A DNA stretch of 41,333 bases. Origin: a virus. Of the stretch, positions 34,139-41,333 are shown in pieces. The position numbers and the translations under genes are program-made. Every line of letters starts with the position of its first letter. The stretch's first letter is position 1. Location: positions 1 to 41,333 of IMG/VR virus record IMGVR_UViG_3300045988_083272; one strand, written 5' to 3'. Under the pieces are notes generated by a model. The model was not told the DNA's origin. It did no database searches and was given only the letters and a program-made list of their open reading frames with translations.

Positions 34139-34642
34139 ATGGCACGGATGACTGAAATAATCATTAACATCGGTTACAAACTGAGCGAAATGTTCCAAAC
34201 GGTTTATGGATGGATCGCTGCGGCAGGCATTTTCATCGTGAATTTCTTCGCTGGGTATGAGATGGCCATCAATGCCGTAGTAGTATGTGTGGCCCTCGAT
34301 ACTGCCTGGGGCATTGCGGCCCAAATCAAACGCGGACATTTCGCGCTGTCCGAACTCGGACGGCATGGGATGCTGTCTAAATTGGCGTTGTACGCTTCGG
34401 TGATCGCAGCGTTTGTGCTTATCGAGCGAATGGCGGAATTGGAATCGCAACTCGCCGTGATCGCTATCTGCACCCTGATCTGTCTGGTCGAACTTTGGTC
34501 GATGGGAGGATCGGCGCTGATCGTAAGCCCGAAAATGCCGTTTCTGCGGATATTCCGTGAAGTGCTGGCCGGAGAAGTCGCCCGCAAAATGCAGGTCCCG
34601 GTCGAAGAGGCCAAAAAGTATTTGGACGGAACTAATAAATAA
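34139..34642 (+). CDS. Holin-like multi-pass membrane protein
   Basis: Three or four hydrophobic helices (WIAAAGIFIVNFFAG, AVVVCVALDTAWGIAA, LALYASVIAAFVLI, AVIAICTLICLVELW). Lies directly upstream of the lysin-like gene. Confidence 0.6.
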   Translation: MARMTEIIINIGYKLSEMFQTVYGWIAAAGIFIVNFFAGYEMAINAVVVCVALDTAWGIAAQIKRGHFALSELGRHGMLSKLALYASVIAAFVLIERMAELESQLAVIAICTLICLVELWSMGGSALIVSPKMPFLRIFREVLAGEVARKMQVPVEEAKKYLDGTNK

Positions 34643-34649
34643 AATCAAC

Positions 34650-35060
34650 ATGACACGAGGTCTTAGAAACAACAATCCGCTCAACATCGAGAAAACAAAG
34701 GGCGGCAACCCCTGGCAGGGCGAGATCGTGCCGTCGAAAGACAGCCGTTTCGCGCAATTCAGGACGATAGCCTACGGATACCGGGCGGCTTTCAAGCTGC
34801 TGAACAACTACCAGCGCAACTACGGACTGGACACCATCCGAAAGATGATCAACCGCTGGGCGCCGTCGAACGAGAACCACACGGAAGCCTATATCCGTAC
34901 CGTGGCCGAACGTTCTGGAGTTCCTGCCGACAGCCGGATCACCACGACGAACCGCGATGTGATGGTGCCCATCGTTGCGTCGATGTCCTATGTAGAAAAC
35001 GGTGTCGAAGCCAAGATGCCCGACGTGCAGGCCGGGTGGGATTTGTTCATTAAGGGATGA
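34650..35060 (+). CDS. Putative endolysin / cell-wall hydrolase (RNNNPxNI family)
   Basis: RGLRNNNPLNIEKTKGGNPWQGE...FAQFRTIAYGYRAAFKLLNNY...TIRKMINRWAPSNENHT. Sits between the holin-like and membrane-anchored genes. Confidence 0.5.
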   Translation: MTRGLRNNNPLNIEKTKGGNPWQGEIVPSKDSRFAQFRTIAYGYRAAFKLLNNYQRNYGLDTIRKMINRWAPSNENHTEAYIRTVAERSGVPADSRITTTNRDVMVPIVASMSYVENGVEAKMPDVQAGWDLFIKG

Positions 35061-35557
35061 AACGCCTGATCCTATACCTGCTCTCCGTACTCGTCGCCGG
35101 GGCGCTGCTCTTTGGCTGGGGATACCGCCGGGGAGCGGCCTCGGTGGGAATCCGGTCGGAAGTGCGTATCGATACCGTGTTCTACGAGCAGCCGCAGTCG
35201 TACGGTTTTTCCGAACAGCTGGTGACGGTGAATGTCCCGCGGCTGCTGTTTGCTCCCGCGGATACGGTGGTGCGTATTGTCGAGGCTGTGAACAGCACCG
35301 ACAGCGTGCAGATGGAGATTCCGGTCCGAACGCTCGAATACCGTGATTCCACCTACTATGCCCGGGTGTCGGGCCCCGTTATCAGGGATTTGGCGCCCCG
35401 GCTGGAATGGATCGAGACCTACAACCGGACCATTACCCGAACCGTGACAAAACGCCGAAGGTTCGCCGTGACGGCTGGGGTGGGTGTAGGATACACGCCG
35501 CAAGGCTTGCAACCGACGATCGGGGTGCAGGCTGGCGTAGTGCTGTGGAATTTTTAA
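35057..35557 (+). CDS. Signal-anchor membrane protein (spanin-like lysis accessory?)
   Basis: MKRLILYLLSVLVAGALLFGWG N-terminal TM segment. ATGA overlap with the lysin-like gene. Confidence 0.45.
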   Translation: MKRLILYLLSVLVAGALLFGWGYRRGAASVGIRSEVRIDTVFYEQPQSYGFSEQLVTVNVPRLLFAPADTVVRIVEAVNSTDSVQMEIPVRTLEYRDSTYYARVSGPVIRDLAPRLEWIETYNRTITRTVTKRRRFAVTAGVGVGYTPQGLQPTIGVQAGVVLWNF

Positions 35558-35568
35558 TAATTACCGCT

Positions 35569-35880
35569 ATGAAGATTATTTACAACAACATCATCCCATT
35601 CCCGGGATTTGCCGCTATCAACCTCTTCGGGGTAATCTTCGCCCGCAAAGAGTGTCGCCCGCTGTCTGAAACGACGATCAATCACGAAGCGATACACACA
35701 GAGCAGATGAAAGAACTGCTGTATGTGGGATTCTATCTCTGCTACCTTGCCGAATGGATCGTGCGGCTGTTCATGAAGGGCAACGCATACCGCAATATCT
35801 CATTTGAAAGGGAGGCGTACCGGTGCCAGCATATTCCCGGATATGCGCAGATCAGGCAGCGATTCGCCCAATGGCGATAA
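35569..35880 (+). CDS. Small HExxH protein (putative zinc metallopeptidase)
   Basis: INHEAIHTEQ plus a downstream FEREAY. Includes a hydrophobic segment. Confidence 0.45.
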   Translation: MKIIYNNIIPFPGFAAINLFGVIFARKECRPLSETTINHEAIHTEQMKELLYVGFYLCYLAEWIVRLFMKGNAYRNISFEREAYRCQHIPGYAQIRQRFAQWR

Positions 35881-35888
35881 ATTAGACC

Positions 35889-35917
35889 TTGGGGGATGGG
35901 TATAAAAAAGCCCCCAA
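35889..35917 (+). terminator. Hairpin at the end of the lysis unit
   Basis: ttggggg (35889-35895) pairs with cccccaa (35911-35917), followed by cgtttta. Confidence 0.45.
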
Positions 35918-35918
35918 C

Positions 35919-36056
35919 GTTTTACGCATATACCCCTATATACGAGTGTTTCCACACCAACATTGAGGACTTAAAACCTTAACTGTAAGTGTGGAAATTT
36001 TCATATAGGGGTATAACAAAGTTATGATAAATAATCTTTGAATGTATGCGTAAAAC
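35919..36056. repeat. Large three-block inverted repeat containing two inverted DnaA-box-like 9-mers
   Basis: gttttacgcata pairs with tatgcgtaaaac, tacccctatat with atataggggta, and tgtttccacac with gtgtggaaa. Confidence 0.8.
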
Positions 36057-36101
36057 AGAGCTTTTGCACAAATACTTAAAACCGTTGCAAATGAAACGGA
36101 A

Positions 36102-36356
36102 TTGACGCCCGAGCAAATCCTTTCGTGTTGTCGCACGGCCGAAACGGTCGATGCGCGTTATATGCTCGTCTACCTGTTAAAGCGCGAAGGCATATATATC
36201 GGTGAAATAGCCCGCATGATGAACTTCTCCCGCCGGGGTGTCGAAAAGATGCTGTCGCAGTTCGAAGATAGACGCGCTCAAAGCGGACGTATTTTCGAAT
36301 TGACGTTTGAACGCATTGCGAACAAAGTACGCATAACCGCCGAATCATCACGTTGA
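36102..36356 (+). CDS. DnaA domain IV-like HTH protein (no in-frame ATG; TTG start or 5' frameshift)
   Basis: TPEQILSCCRTAETVDARYMLVYLLKREGIYIGEIARMMNFSRRGVEKML matches the Bac_DnaA_C pattern. Conserved-looking residues continue upstream to 36054 without any ATG. Confidence 0.65.
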   Translation: MTPEQILSCCRTAETVDARYMLVYLLKREGIYIGEIARMMNFSRRGVEKMLSQFEDRRAQSGRIFELTFERIANKVRITAESSR

Positions 36357-36383
36357 TTACCCTGCCGAACCCTGCCACCTTTG
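36353..36383 (+). promoter_or_regulatory. Late promoter-like motif, copy 3
   Basis: gTTGattacccTGCCGAaccctgccaCCTTTGcat. Followed by the hairpin gcctgccccgtgtgcaggc, comparable to the gcctgtgatgaagcaggc hairpin after copy 1. Confidence 0.45.
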
Positions 36384-36448
36384 CATTGTAGCTATCGGGA
36401 AGCCTGCCCCGTGTGCAGGCATAGTTATCAATGTAAAACTCAAATATT

Positions 36449-37303
36449 ATGGGTTCGGACAAAACTTATATTTTCGACGGCGGCACCTCCGGGGGCGGCC
36501 TCGACATTGCCGCTATTGTCTCCTCGATGATGGGGAACAAAGGCATGGACCCCAACCTCGTTGCCGCGCTGATGAACGGCAACAACAACCGTGGATCATG
36601 GGGCGGTGACGGCTGCTGGTGGATCTGGATCATCCTGCTATTCTTCTGCTGGGGCGGAAACGGCTTCGGAGGCTTCGGCAACAATGGCGCGAACGGCCTT
36701 CCGGCACAGCTCAACGGCGACGCCGGGCGCGAACTGCTGATGAACGCCATCCAGGGCAACGGCACCGCTATCAACCAACTGGCCGCATCGCTCAACTGCT
36801 CGACGCAACAGATTCAATCGACGCTGTGCAGCATCGAGGGCAAGCTCGGGATGTCGGGTCAGCAAATCATCAACGCAGTTCAGTCGATGGGCTGTCAAAT
36901 CGGCAATCAGATCGCCGAATGCTGCTGCAACGTCCGTCAGGATATCGTGAAGATGGGCTACGAGAATCAGCTCGCAACGATCAACCAGACCAACACGCTG
37001 CAATCTTCGGCAAACACCCAGTTCAACATCCTCGGCGCCAAGATCGATGCTCAGACGCAGATCATCAACGACCGCTTCTGCCAGCTCGAGATGCGCGAGA
37101 TGCAAAACAAGATCGACACGCTGCGTCAGGAAAACAGCAACCTCGCTCTGGCCGCTTCGCAACAGGCTCAGACGGCTAACATCGTCAGCCAGCTGCGTCC
37201 GCCCTGCCCGGTTCCCGCGTACATCGTGCAGAACCCGAATTGCTGCAATACGCCCACCGTGGCTGTAGCGGCTGCTCCCGCGTGTGCAAGCACCTTATTT
37301 TAG
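36449..37303 (+). CDS. Gly/Asn/Gln/Cys-rich membrane protein of unknown function
   Basis: TM segment CWWIWIILLFFCW is flanked by G/N-rich tracts. It is followed by a Q/N-rich coiled-coil-like region and a C-terminal NPNCCNTPTVAVAAAPACASTLF. Confidence 0.6.
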   Translation: MGSDKTYIFDGGTSGGGLDIAAIVSSMMGNKGMDPNLVAALMNGNNNRGSWGGDGCWWIWIILLFFCWGGNGFGGFGNNGANGLPAQLNGDAGRELLMNAIQGNGTAINQLAASLNCSTQQIQSTLCSIEGKLGMSGQQIINAVQSMGCQIGNQIAECCCNVRQDIVKMGYENQLATINQTNTLQSSANTQFNILGAKIDAQTQIINDRFCQLEMREMQNKIDTLRQENSNLALAASQQAQTANIVSQLRPPCPVPAYIVQNPNCCNTPTVAVAAAPACASTLF

Positions 37304-37321
37304 CAAAGAAAGGAGGCAAGT

Positions 37322-37834
37322 ATGTATCCTTTCCAAGCAGATATAAGAGTCGTCTTACCGCAAGGAGCACTCGTACCTCGCATTGACATCGGAGGTATAT
37401 ATACGCTCACCACGACAGGCAAGGCATCTACAGAGGCTCAGACCGTAGATTACGGTTTCAACCCCTGCGCATGGAGGTCTTTGCCCCAGGAAGGAATTCT
37501 TCTCTGGAAGGTTCGCCATCCGGTCACAACGGAGGAGAGCGCGTATGCCGTGAATGTTGTAATCCCGGCCTCCGGGTCGGCAAGAAGTACGGTGACGTCC
37601 CCTAACACGATCACCGGAACGTCCAAAGTTCCGGTAGTCGATAACAAGGGAACGCAGACCATCGGCAGCGACATCACGAATCCGACGGCAAGCGGTGACG
37701 CAAGTGCTTACACCGAACACCTGGTATATTTCAACAAATGCGCCGGAACATTCCGGTTGCTGGGAGTGAAGTCTACGGCAGGGACCGCGGAAGCGAATGA
37801 CGAAGCAACGCCGGCAGCGGCAAAATCGAAGTAG
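37322..37834 (+). CDS. Hypothetical Thr/Ser-rich protein
   Basis: 170-aa ORF followed by a stem-loop at 37847-37870. Confidence 0.55.
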   Translation: MYPFQADIRVVLPQGALVPRIDIGGIYTLTTTGKASTEAQTVDYGFNPCAWRSLPQEGILLWKVRHPVTTEESAYAVNVVIPASGSARSTVTSPNTITGTSKVPVVDNKGTQTIGSDITNPTASGDASAYTEHLVYFNKCAGTFRLLGVKSTAGTAEANDEATPAAAKSK

Positions 37835-37894
37835 AAACCGAAAGAACGGGGAGGAGTGATCCTTCTCCCCTACTTTCACAATCATTAACCAAAG

Positions 37895-38401
37895 ATGTTT
37901 CAGAACTTGAAAAAAGGCTCCTTAGTCTACGTCTTCGACAACAGGGAGAAACCGAAGTATTACACAGCGGTCGTAAAAGATGTTTCGGCGCCGTATTTTC
38001 CGCCTCCTAAGCAGGGGCAATTCACGCCGACGCAGCAGTTCATCAACATTACCATCGACGGCAACGAACCGTGGGGAGTACCCTTGCTGGCCGACATTGT
38101 ATCGAAGGACGGGCTTACCGTGGCGACTTCACGTGAGGGGCTTAAGCCCACAATCACCGAAGCCCAGCAGTTGAGCCGCGATATTGTCGAGTCGTATGAC
38201 AGGCATAAGGCCAATCTCGAAATGTATGACGAGATACTGCTGCAACTCGACCCCGAGGCTGCCCGCACCAAAGAGTTGGAAGCCGAGAACCGGGAGCTGC
38301 GAAATCTGCTCGCCGGCATCAATGAACGTCTGAGTAAAATTCCGACGGCGGAAGAGTTGAGGAGCCTTACCAAGACTGAAACACCTGCAAAAACAAAGTA
38401 A
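37895..38401 (+). CDS. Hypothetical protein with a C-terminal coiled coil
   Basis: 168-aa ORF. Confidence 0.55.
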   Translation: MFQNLKKGSLVYVFDNREKPKYYTAVVKDVSAPYFPPPKQGQFTPTQQFINITIDGNEPWGVPLLADIVSKDGLTVATSREGLKPTITEAQQLSRDIVESYDRHKANLEMYDEILLQLDPEAARTKELEAENRELRNLLAGINERLSKIPTAEELRSLTKTETPAKTK

Positions 38402-38403
38402 CT

Positions 38404-38676
38404 ATGGGTTGGAGAATCATAGGCGAAGGCCGTGGCGGTTTTGACGGCGGCCACGAGGAGGAGATGGAGCGGGAGCTCGAACGCGCATATCGAAAGGGGC
38501 GCGAGGATGAGCGCCGCGAAAGTCGTGAGGGCTACGGAGAGCGTGGCGGGTACGGGCGCGGTGGCTACGGCGAACGCGACGAGTATGACCGCGATGGATA
38601 TGATGACGATGACGGATACGGCGAACGCCGTGGTGTCAAAGGCACGGGACGTTATTCCCGCTATCGCAGGCGCTAA
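38404..38676 (+). CDS. Low-complexity Arg/Gly/Tyr/Asp/Glu-rich protein
   Basis: GYGERGGYGRGGYGERDEYDRDGYDDDDGYGERRG...RYSRYRRR. A strong terminator follows. Confidence 0.55.
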   Translation: MGWRIIGEGRGGFDGGHEEEMERELERAYRKGREDERRESREGYGERGGYGRGGYGERDEYDRDGYDDDDGYGERRGVKGTGRYSRYRRR

Positions 38677-38682
38677 ACCGGC

Positions 38683-38712
38683 GAGAGGGGCCGCGTGCCC
38701 CTCTCCTTTTTA
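38683..38712 (+). terminator. Intrinsic terminator
   Basis: gagaggggc (38683-38691) pairs with gcccctctc (38697-38705), followed by cttttt. Confidence 0.8.
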
Positions 38713-38723
38713 AACTGAAAATT

Positions 38724-39125
38724 ATGGACAGATTAGATACACACGAGGCATTCCCGACAGGGTTCCGTGAATATCTCGAAAACTACGGATGGCATTTTTC
38801 CAAGAATATGTGCGACTTTGCGGTATCCCGCATGAAGGATCGCAACGGAAAGAAGATCGAACCGTACACCAAAGAAAAGGTAGATGCCCTACTCAAACAG
38901 TATGGCATTGAACTCAAAAACGACAAAGGATACGATTGCGTGTATGTCTGCAATATGGCGATATCCGATTATTTCGGATCATCCATACCCAATCAGCAAT
39001 ACCTGGCTATGTTCATCAAAGACTACATCGACGATGAAGACGGTTATCCGGGAATGCCGTTCACGCGATACTACGCCGACACCATCGGGTCCGGAACTCC
39101 CATTTTGTGGGAAAAAATGCTGTAA
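38724..39125 (+). CDS. Hypothetical protein
   Basis: 133-aa ORF. Confidence 0.55.
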   Translation: MDRLDTHEAFPTGFREYLENYGWHFSKNMCDFAVSRMKDRNGKKIEPYTKEKVDALLKQYGIELKNDKGYDCVYVCNMAISDYFGSSIPNQQYLAMFIKDYIDDEDGYPGMPFTRYYADTIGSGTPILWEKML

Positions 39126-39128
39126 GCG

Positions 39129-39293
39129 ATGAAAAACATTGCTTCAATAGTCCGCAATCTGCCGAATGATAAATATCAGGAACTTGCGGGCGCCGTGAAT
39201 GATGTACTGGAAAACAAGCGTTTCAACAGGGCACAACGGCGAAGGCTGGCCCGCAGTTGGCGCAAGTACGGGAAACGAGAAGACGACCGATGA
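39129..39293 (+). CDS. Small basic protein (54 aa)
   Basis: MKNIASIVRNLPNDKYQELAGAVNDVLENKRFNRAQRRRLARSWRKYGKREDDR. ATGA overlap with the next gene. Confidence 0.45.
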   Translation: MKNIASIVRNLPNDKYQELAGAVNDVLENKRFNRAQRRRLARSWRKYGKREDDR

Positions 39294-39706
39294 AGATTAG
39301 GGATTTGGGTATTCGGAAATATGGTTGGAGGTTGCGCATCTACTATGCCGTGACCTGCTATCATACGGCTGAAATACTCGAATCCCTTAACGAGATTGGA
39401 TGCCCTGCGGAATTGATGCAACGAATACAGGGGAATCTGGAAAAGTGCGATATGGATACCGGATTCACCTACTCAAACAAGGATCGCCGGGAAAGTGTCA
39501 TCGTAATCGGAATACACTCCTCGCCTCCTGAATTCATAAACTCCTTCGAGCACGAGCTCCGTCACCTTGTCGATGACATCGCCCAGACGTGCGGCCTTGA
39601 AATGGCCGGCGAGGACGTAGCCTATCTGACCGGGGATGTGAACTCGGCGCTCTGGGAGGATATTCATTATTTCACCTGTTGTAAATGCCATGAACGAGGA
39701 CATTAA
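39290..39706 (+). CDS. Small HExxH protein (putative metallopeptidase-like), Cys-rich C-terminus
   Basis: FEHELRHLVDDI, with a C-terminal FTCCKCHERGH. Confidence 0.5.
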   Translation: MKIRDLGIRKYGWRLRIYYAVTCYHTAEILESLNEIGCPAELMQRIQGNLEKCDMDTGFTYSNKDRRESVIVIGIHSSPPEFINSFEHELRHLVDDIAQTCGLEMAGEDVAYLTGDVNSALWEDIHYFTCCKCHERGH

Positions 39707-39791
39707 ATATTGGCTGTCGCAGCTCGAAATAAACGAATGCTCGGCGCCGCTGTTCGCTTTGGTGATCGCAAAGATCATGGAGGTGATGTGA

Positions 39792-41105
39792 TCACTCCAA
39801 AAGTTTGACCAGATCGACCTTCATATCCTCATCGATGTCTCGATAGCGGGCGAATGCCTTGCTGCCTTCTTTATGACCCGACAATGCTCCGACAAGATTG
39901 GGGTCCTTGACTTGTTTGTATAGGTTGCCTACGAAAGTGCGTCGCGCCAAGTGGGACGATGCGACCTCCCAAATAGGTCGTTGCTCCGGATCTCGGGTAA
40001 GCTGATTCAGGATCGTTACTTTCCGTTTCAATCCAGCGGCAAGGAAAATCCGTTTAATCGCTTTGTTGTACTGCTGTTCTGCGATAAGTGGCAAAAGAGA
40101 CGGACCCTCATAACGGGCATAACGGTCCAGTATTTCGCGAGCAATGGAATTGAGAGGAACCCTGACTGTTATAGGGCGCCCGTCCTTTGTTTTGCGAGGA
40201 ATATATTCAATAGCTCCGCGAATTAGATTGTCTTTCGTCAATGCATATAAGTCACCAACCCGACACCCGATCAAGCATTGGAATACGAAGATGTCTCGTT
40301 GAATGGATAGCCGGGGATGTCGAGAAAGATTTGTGTGAAATATTCTATTCCGCTCGTCTATAGTAATATAGTAAGGGGTCCCATAAACGCAGTCTTCAAT
40401 AGCATATTTCTTAAAAGGGTTGTTCGTTGTCTTATCATTATCTACCGCCCATATAAATATAGTCCTCAGCTTCTTCATCATGCCGCTGATCGTGTTCGAT
40501 CCTCGCGGGCTCGGCTTACGGGATTCAGGAACCTGCTTGTATATTTGAGGATTGGCAGTAGCGATAACATGCTCGTTGCGCAGATAATTGTCGATAACAT
40601 ACAAGTCGTCTAATGACAAAGTGTCAATATCCAAGATATATCCGGGTTCTTTGATCTGTCTCCACAGCTCAAACCTTTTCAATATTCGGAACAAAACCCT
40701 GAAATTGGCCTGGCGAACCTGTGACAATTTGCGTTTTTGAAGAAATTCATCGCAGAGTTCAAAAAAGCCTTGTTTCTGCAAATGGAACTTTTCAGGATGC
40801 AGATACTTGTCTACCTCAATGCTAAATAGGTCAGAGGAAATATTATCTTTATTAAGCGCTGAAGCGTACACATCCAATAAAATGGTTTTCCACTTCGCTA
40901 CATTAGTGTTGAATTCGGTTCGTTTGATGGTATCATATACCACCTTTGATTTAATTTCTTGCCGCTTTGAATCCCAATGTGCCGGATTTATTTCTAAATT
41001 TGACGTGTAAAAAAGCTGAATATCTCGTCCATCCCGAATGCGGAATCGAACTTTGCATTTAGTTCCTTTCTTTGAAGTACGAACAAAAGCGGATATAGTA
41101 GCCAT
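39792..41105 (-). CDS. int: Tyrosine recombinase / phage integrase (Bacteroidota type)
   Basis: 437 aa with an N-terminal arm-binding-like domain, a core with R...HLARRTF, and GHKEGSKAFARY containing the catalytic Tyr region. Confidence 0.9.
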   Translation of the reverse strand: MATISAFVRTSKKGTKCKVRFRIRDGRDIQLFYTSNLEINPAHWDSKRQEIKSKVVYDTIKRTEFNTNVAKWKTILLDVYASALNKDNISSDLFSIEVDKYLHPEKFHLQKQGFFELCDEFLQKRKLSQVRQANFRVLFRILKRFELWRQIKEPGYILDIDTLSLDDLYVIDNYLRNEHVIATANPQIYKQVPESRKPSPRGSNTISGMMKKLRTIFIWAVDNDKTTNNPFKKYAIEDCVYGTPYYITIDERNRIFHTNLSRHPRLSIQRDIFVFQCLIGCRVGDLYALTKDNLIRGAIEYIPRKTKDGRPITVRVPLNSIAREILDRYARYEGPSLLPLIAEQQYNKAIKRIFLAAGLKRKVTILNQLTRDPEQRPIWEVASSHLARRTFVGNLYKQVKDPNLVGALSGHKEGSKAFARYRDIDEDMKVDLVKLLE

Positions 41106-41120
41106 TGGTCCAAGAGTAAG

Positions 41121-41156
41121 TGTGGTGGTGCAAGTTTAGCTTTTTTGCACCACACA
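41121..41156. promoter_or_regulatory. Palindrome carrying an inverted pair of TTGCACCA boxes upstream of int
   Basis: tgtggtggtgcaa (41121-41133) and ttgcaccacaca (41145-41156) form an imperfect inverted repeat 16 nt upstream of the int ATG. Confidence 0.45.
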
Positions 41157-41278
41157 GCCAAATACAGATGTCCTTATTTGTCCGGAGTTGTCACAAATAA
41201 AACTATGTAAAACACGGAGACTCAAATACAATGCCTAAAATATCAATCAATTACAAAATCAAAAAATGACAGCCCATT

Positions 41279-41333
41279 AGCCCCTGAGGGGGTACAAAAG
41301 AAAAGGTTAACAAGCTAAATTATAAGCTGTTAA
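41279..41333. repeat. Right copy of the exact 55-bp terminal direct repeat
   Basis: Identical to 1-55. Confidence 0.97.

Larger units (their letters stand above)
1..41333. mobile_element. Complete temperate tailed-phage genome (circular contig, 41,278 unique bp plus a 55-bp overlap)
   Basis: Integrase, excisionase-like HTH, replication/recombination genes, terminase, portal, protease, HK97-type capsid, tape measure, fibers and lysis genes are all present. The two ends are identical over 55 bp. Confidence 0.85.

Noticed and set aside
17647-35880. Stop-codon reassignment (TAG or TGA recoding), as seen in some Bacteroidota-infecting phages and suggested by the odd tRNA-like genes
   Set aside because: All large late genes (terL, portal, capsid, 926-aa tail protein, tape measure) are uninterrupted under the standard bacterial code. 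The clean tRNA is an ordinary Gln(UUG). No CUA or UCA anticodon in a canonical loop context was found.
1-41333. Diversity-generating retroelement or retron, to explain the variable-looking tail and LamG regions
   Set aside because: No reverse-transcriptase-like ORF is present (no YxDD-containing RT domain in a plausible gene), and no template/variable repeat pair was seen. The low-GC patches look like recombination mosaicism instead.

Overview
The window appears to be a complete genome of a temperate tailed phage with an HK97-type head. The first 55 bp (1-55) are identical to the last 55 bp (41279-41333), so the contig closes into a circle of 41,278 unique bp. Several features point to a Bacteroidota host: TAnnTTTG/CCTTTG-type -7 boxes, A-rich leaders without Shine-Dalgarno sequences, a Bacteroides-type tyrosine integrase, an HTH_17 excisionase-like gene and a lipoprotein moron.

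Layout:
- 98-11614 (-): tightly coupled early operon, with many ATGA start/stop overlaps. It encodes ERF annealase, an SSB-like protein, a NinB-like protein, a replisome organizer with internal iterons, a RuvC-like resolvase, a pentapeptide-repeat protein, a PAPS-reductase-like protein, a C5 DNA methyltransferase and an ASCH protein.
- 12.0-14.3 kb (-): regulatory/tRNA island. It holds tRNA-Gln(UUG), a Ser-like type II tRNA with an aberrant anticodon loop, a third atypical tRNA-like element, about 420 nt of ORF-free structured DNA and a LuxR-type HTH gene.
- 14.9-15.1 kb: divergent switch region.
- 15.6-17.3 kb: AT-rich moron island.
- From 17.46 kb (+): late genes in the order TerS, TerL, portal, prohead protease, major capsid, tail genes, tape measure, fibers and a lysis cassette.
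- 36.4-39.7 kb (+): late-expressed block of unknown function.
- 39792-41105 (-): integrase.

Most notable observations:
- An early block pairs a pentapeptide-repeat protein with DNA-modification genes. The PAPS-reductase-like and methyltransferase genes each look like a compensated +1/-1 frameshift pair.
- The tRNA-like genes have effectively 9-nt anticodon loops.
- A conserved promoter-like motif occurs three times: TTG-N7-TGCCGA-N9-CCTTTG.
- A strong intrinsic terminator sits directly in front of terS.
- A DnaA-box-like palindrome lies next to a DnaA-domain-IV-like gene that has no in-frame ATG.

All family assignments come from reading motifs by eye. No searches or folding programs were run.
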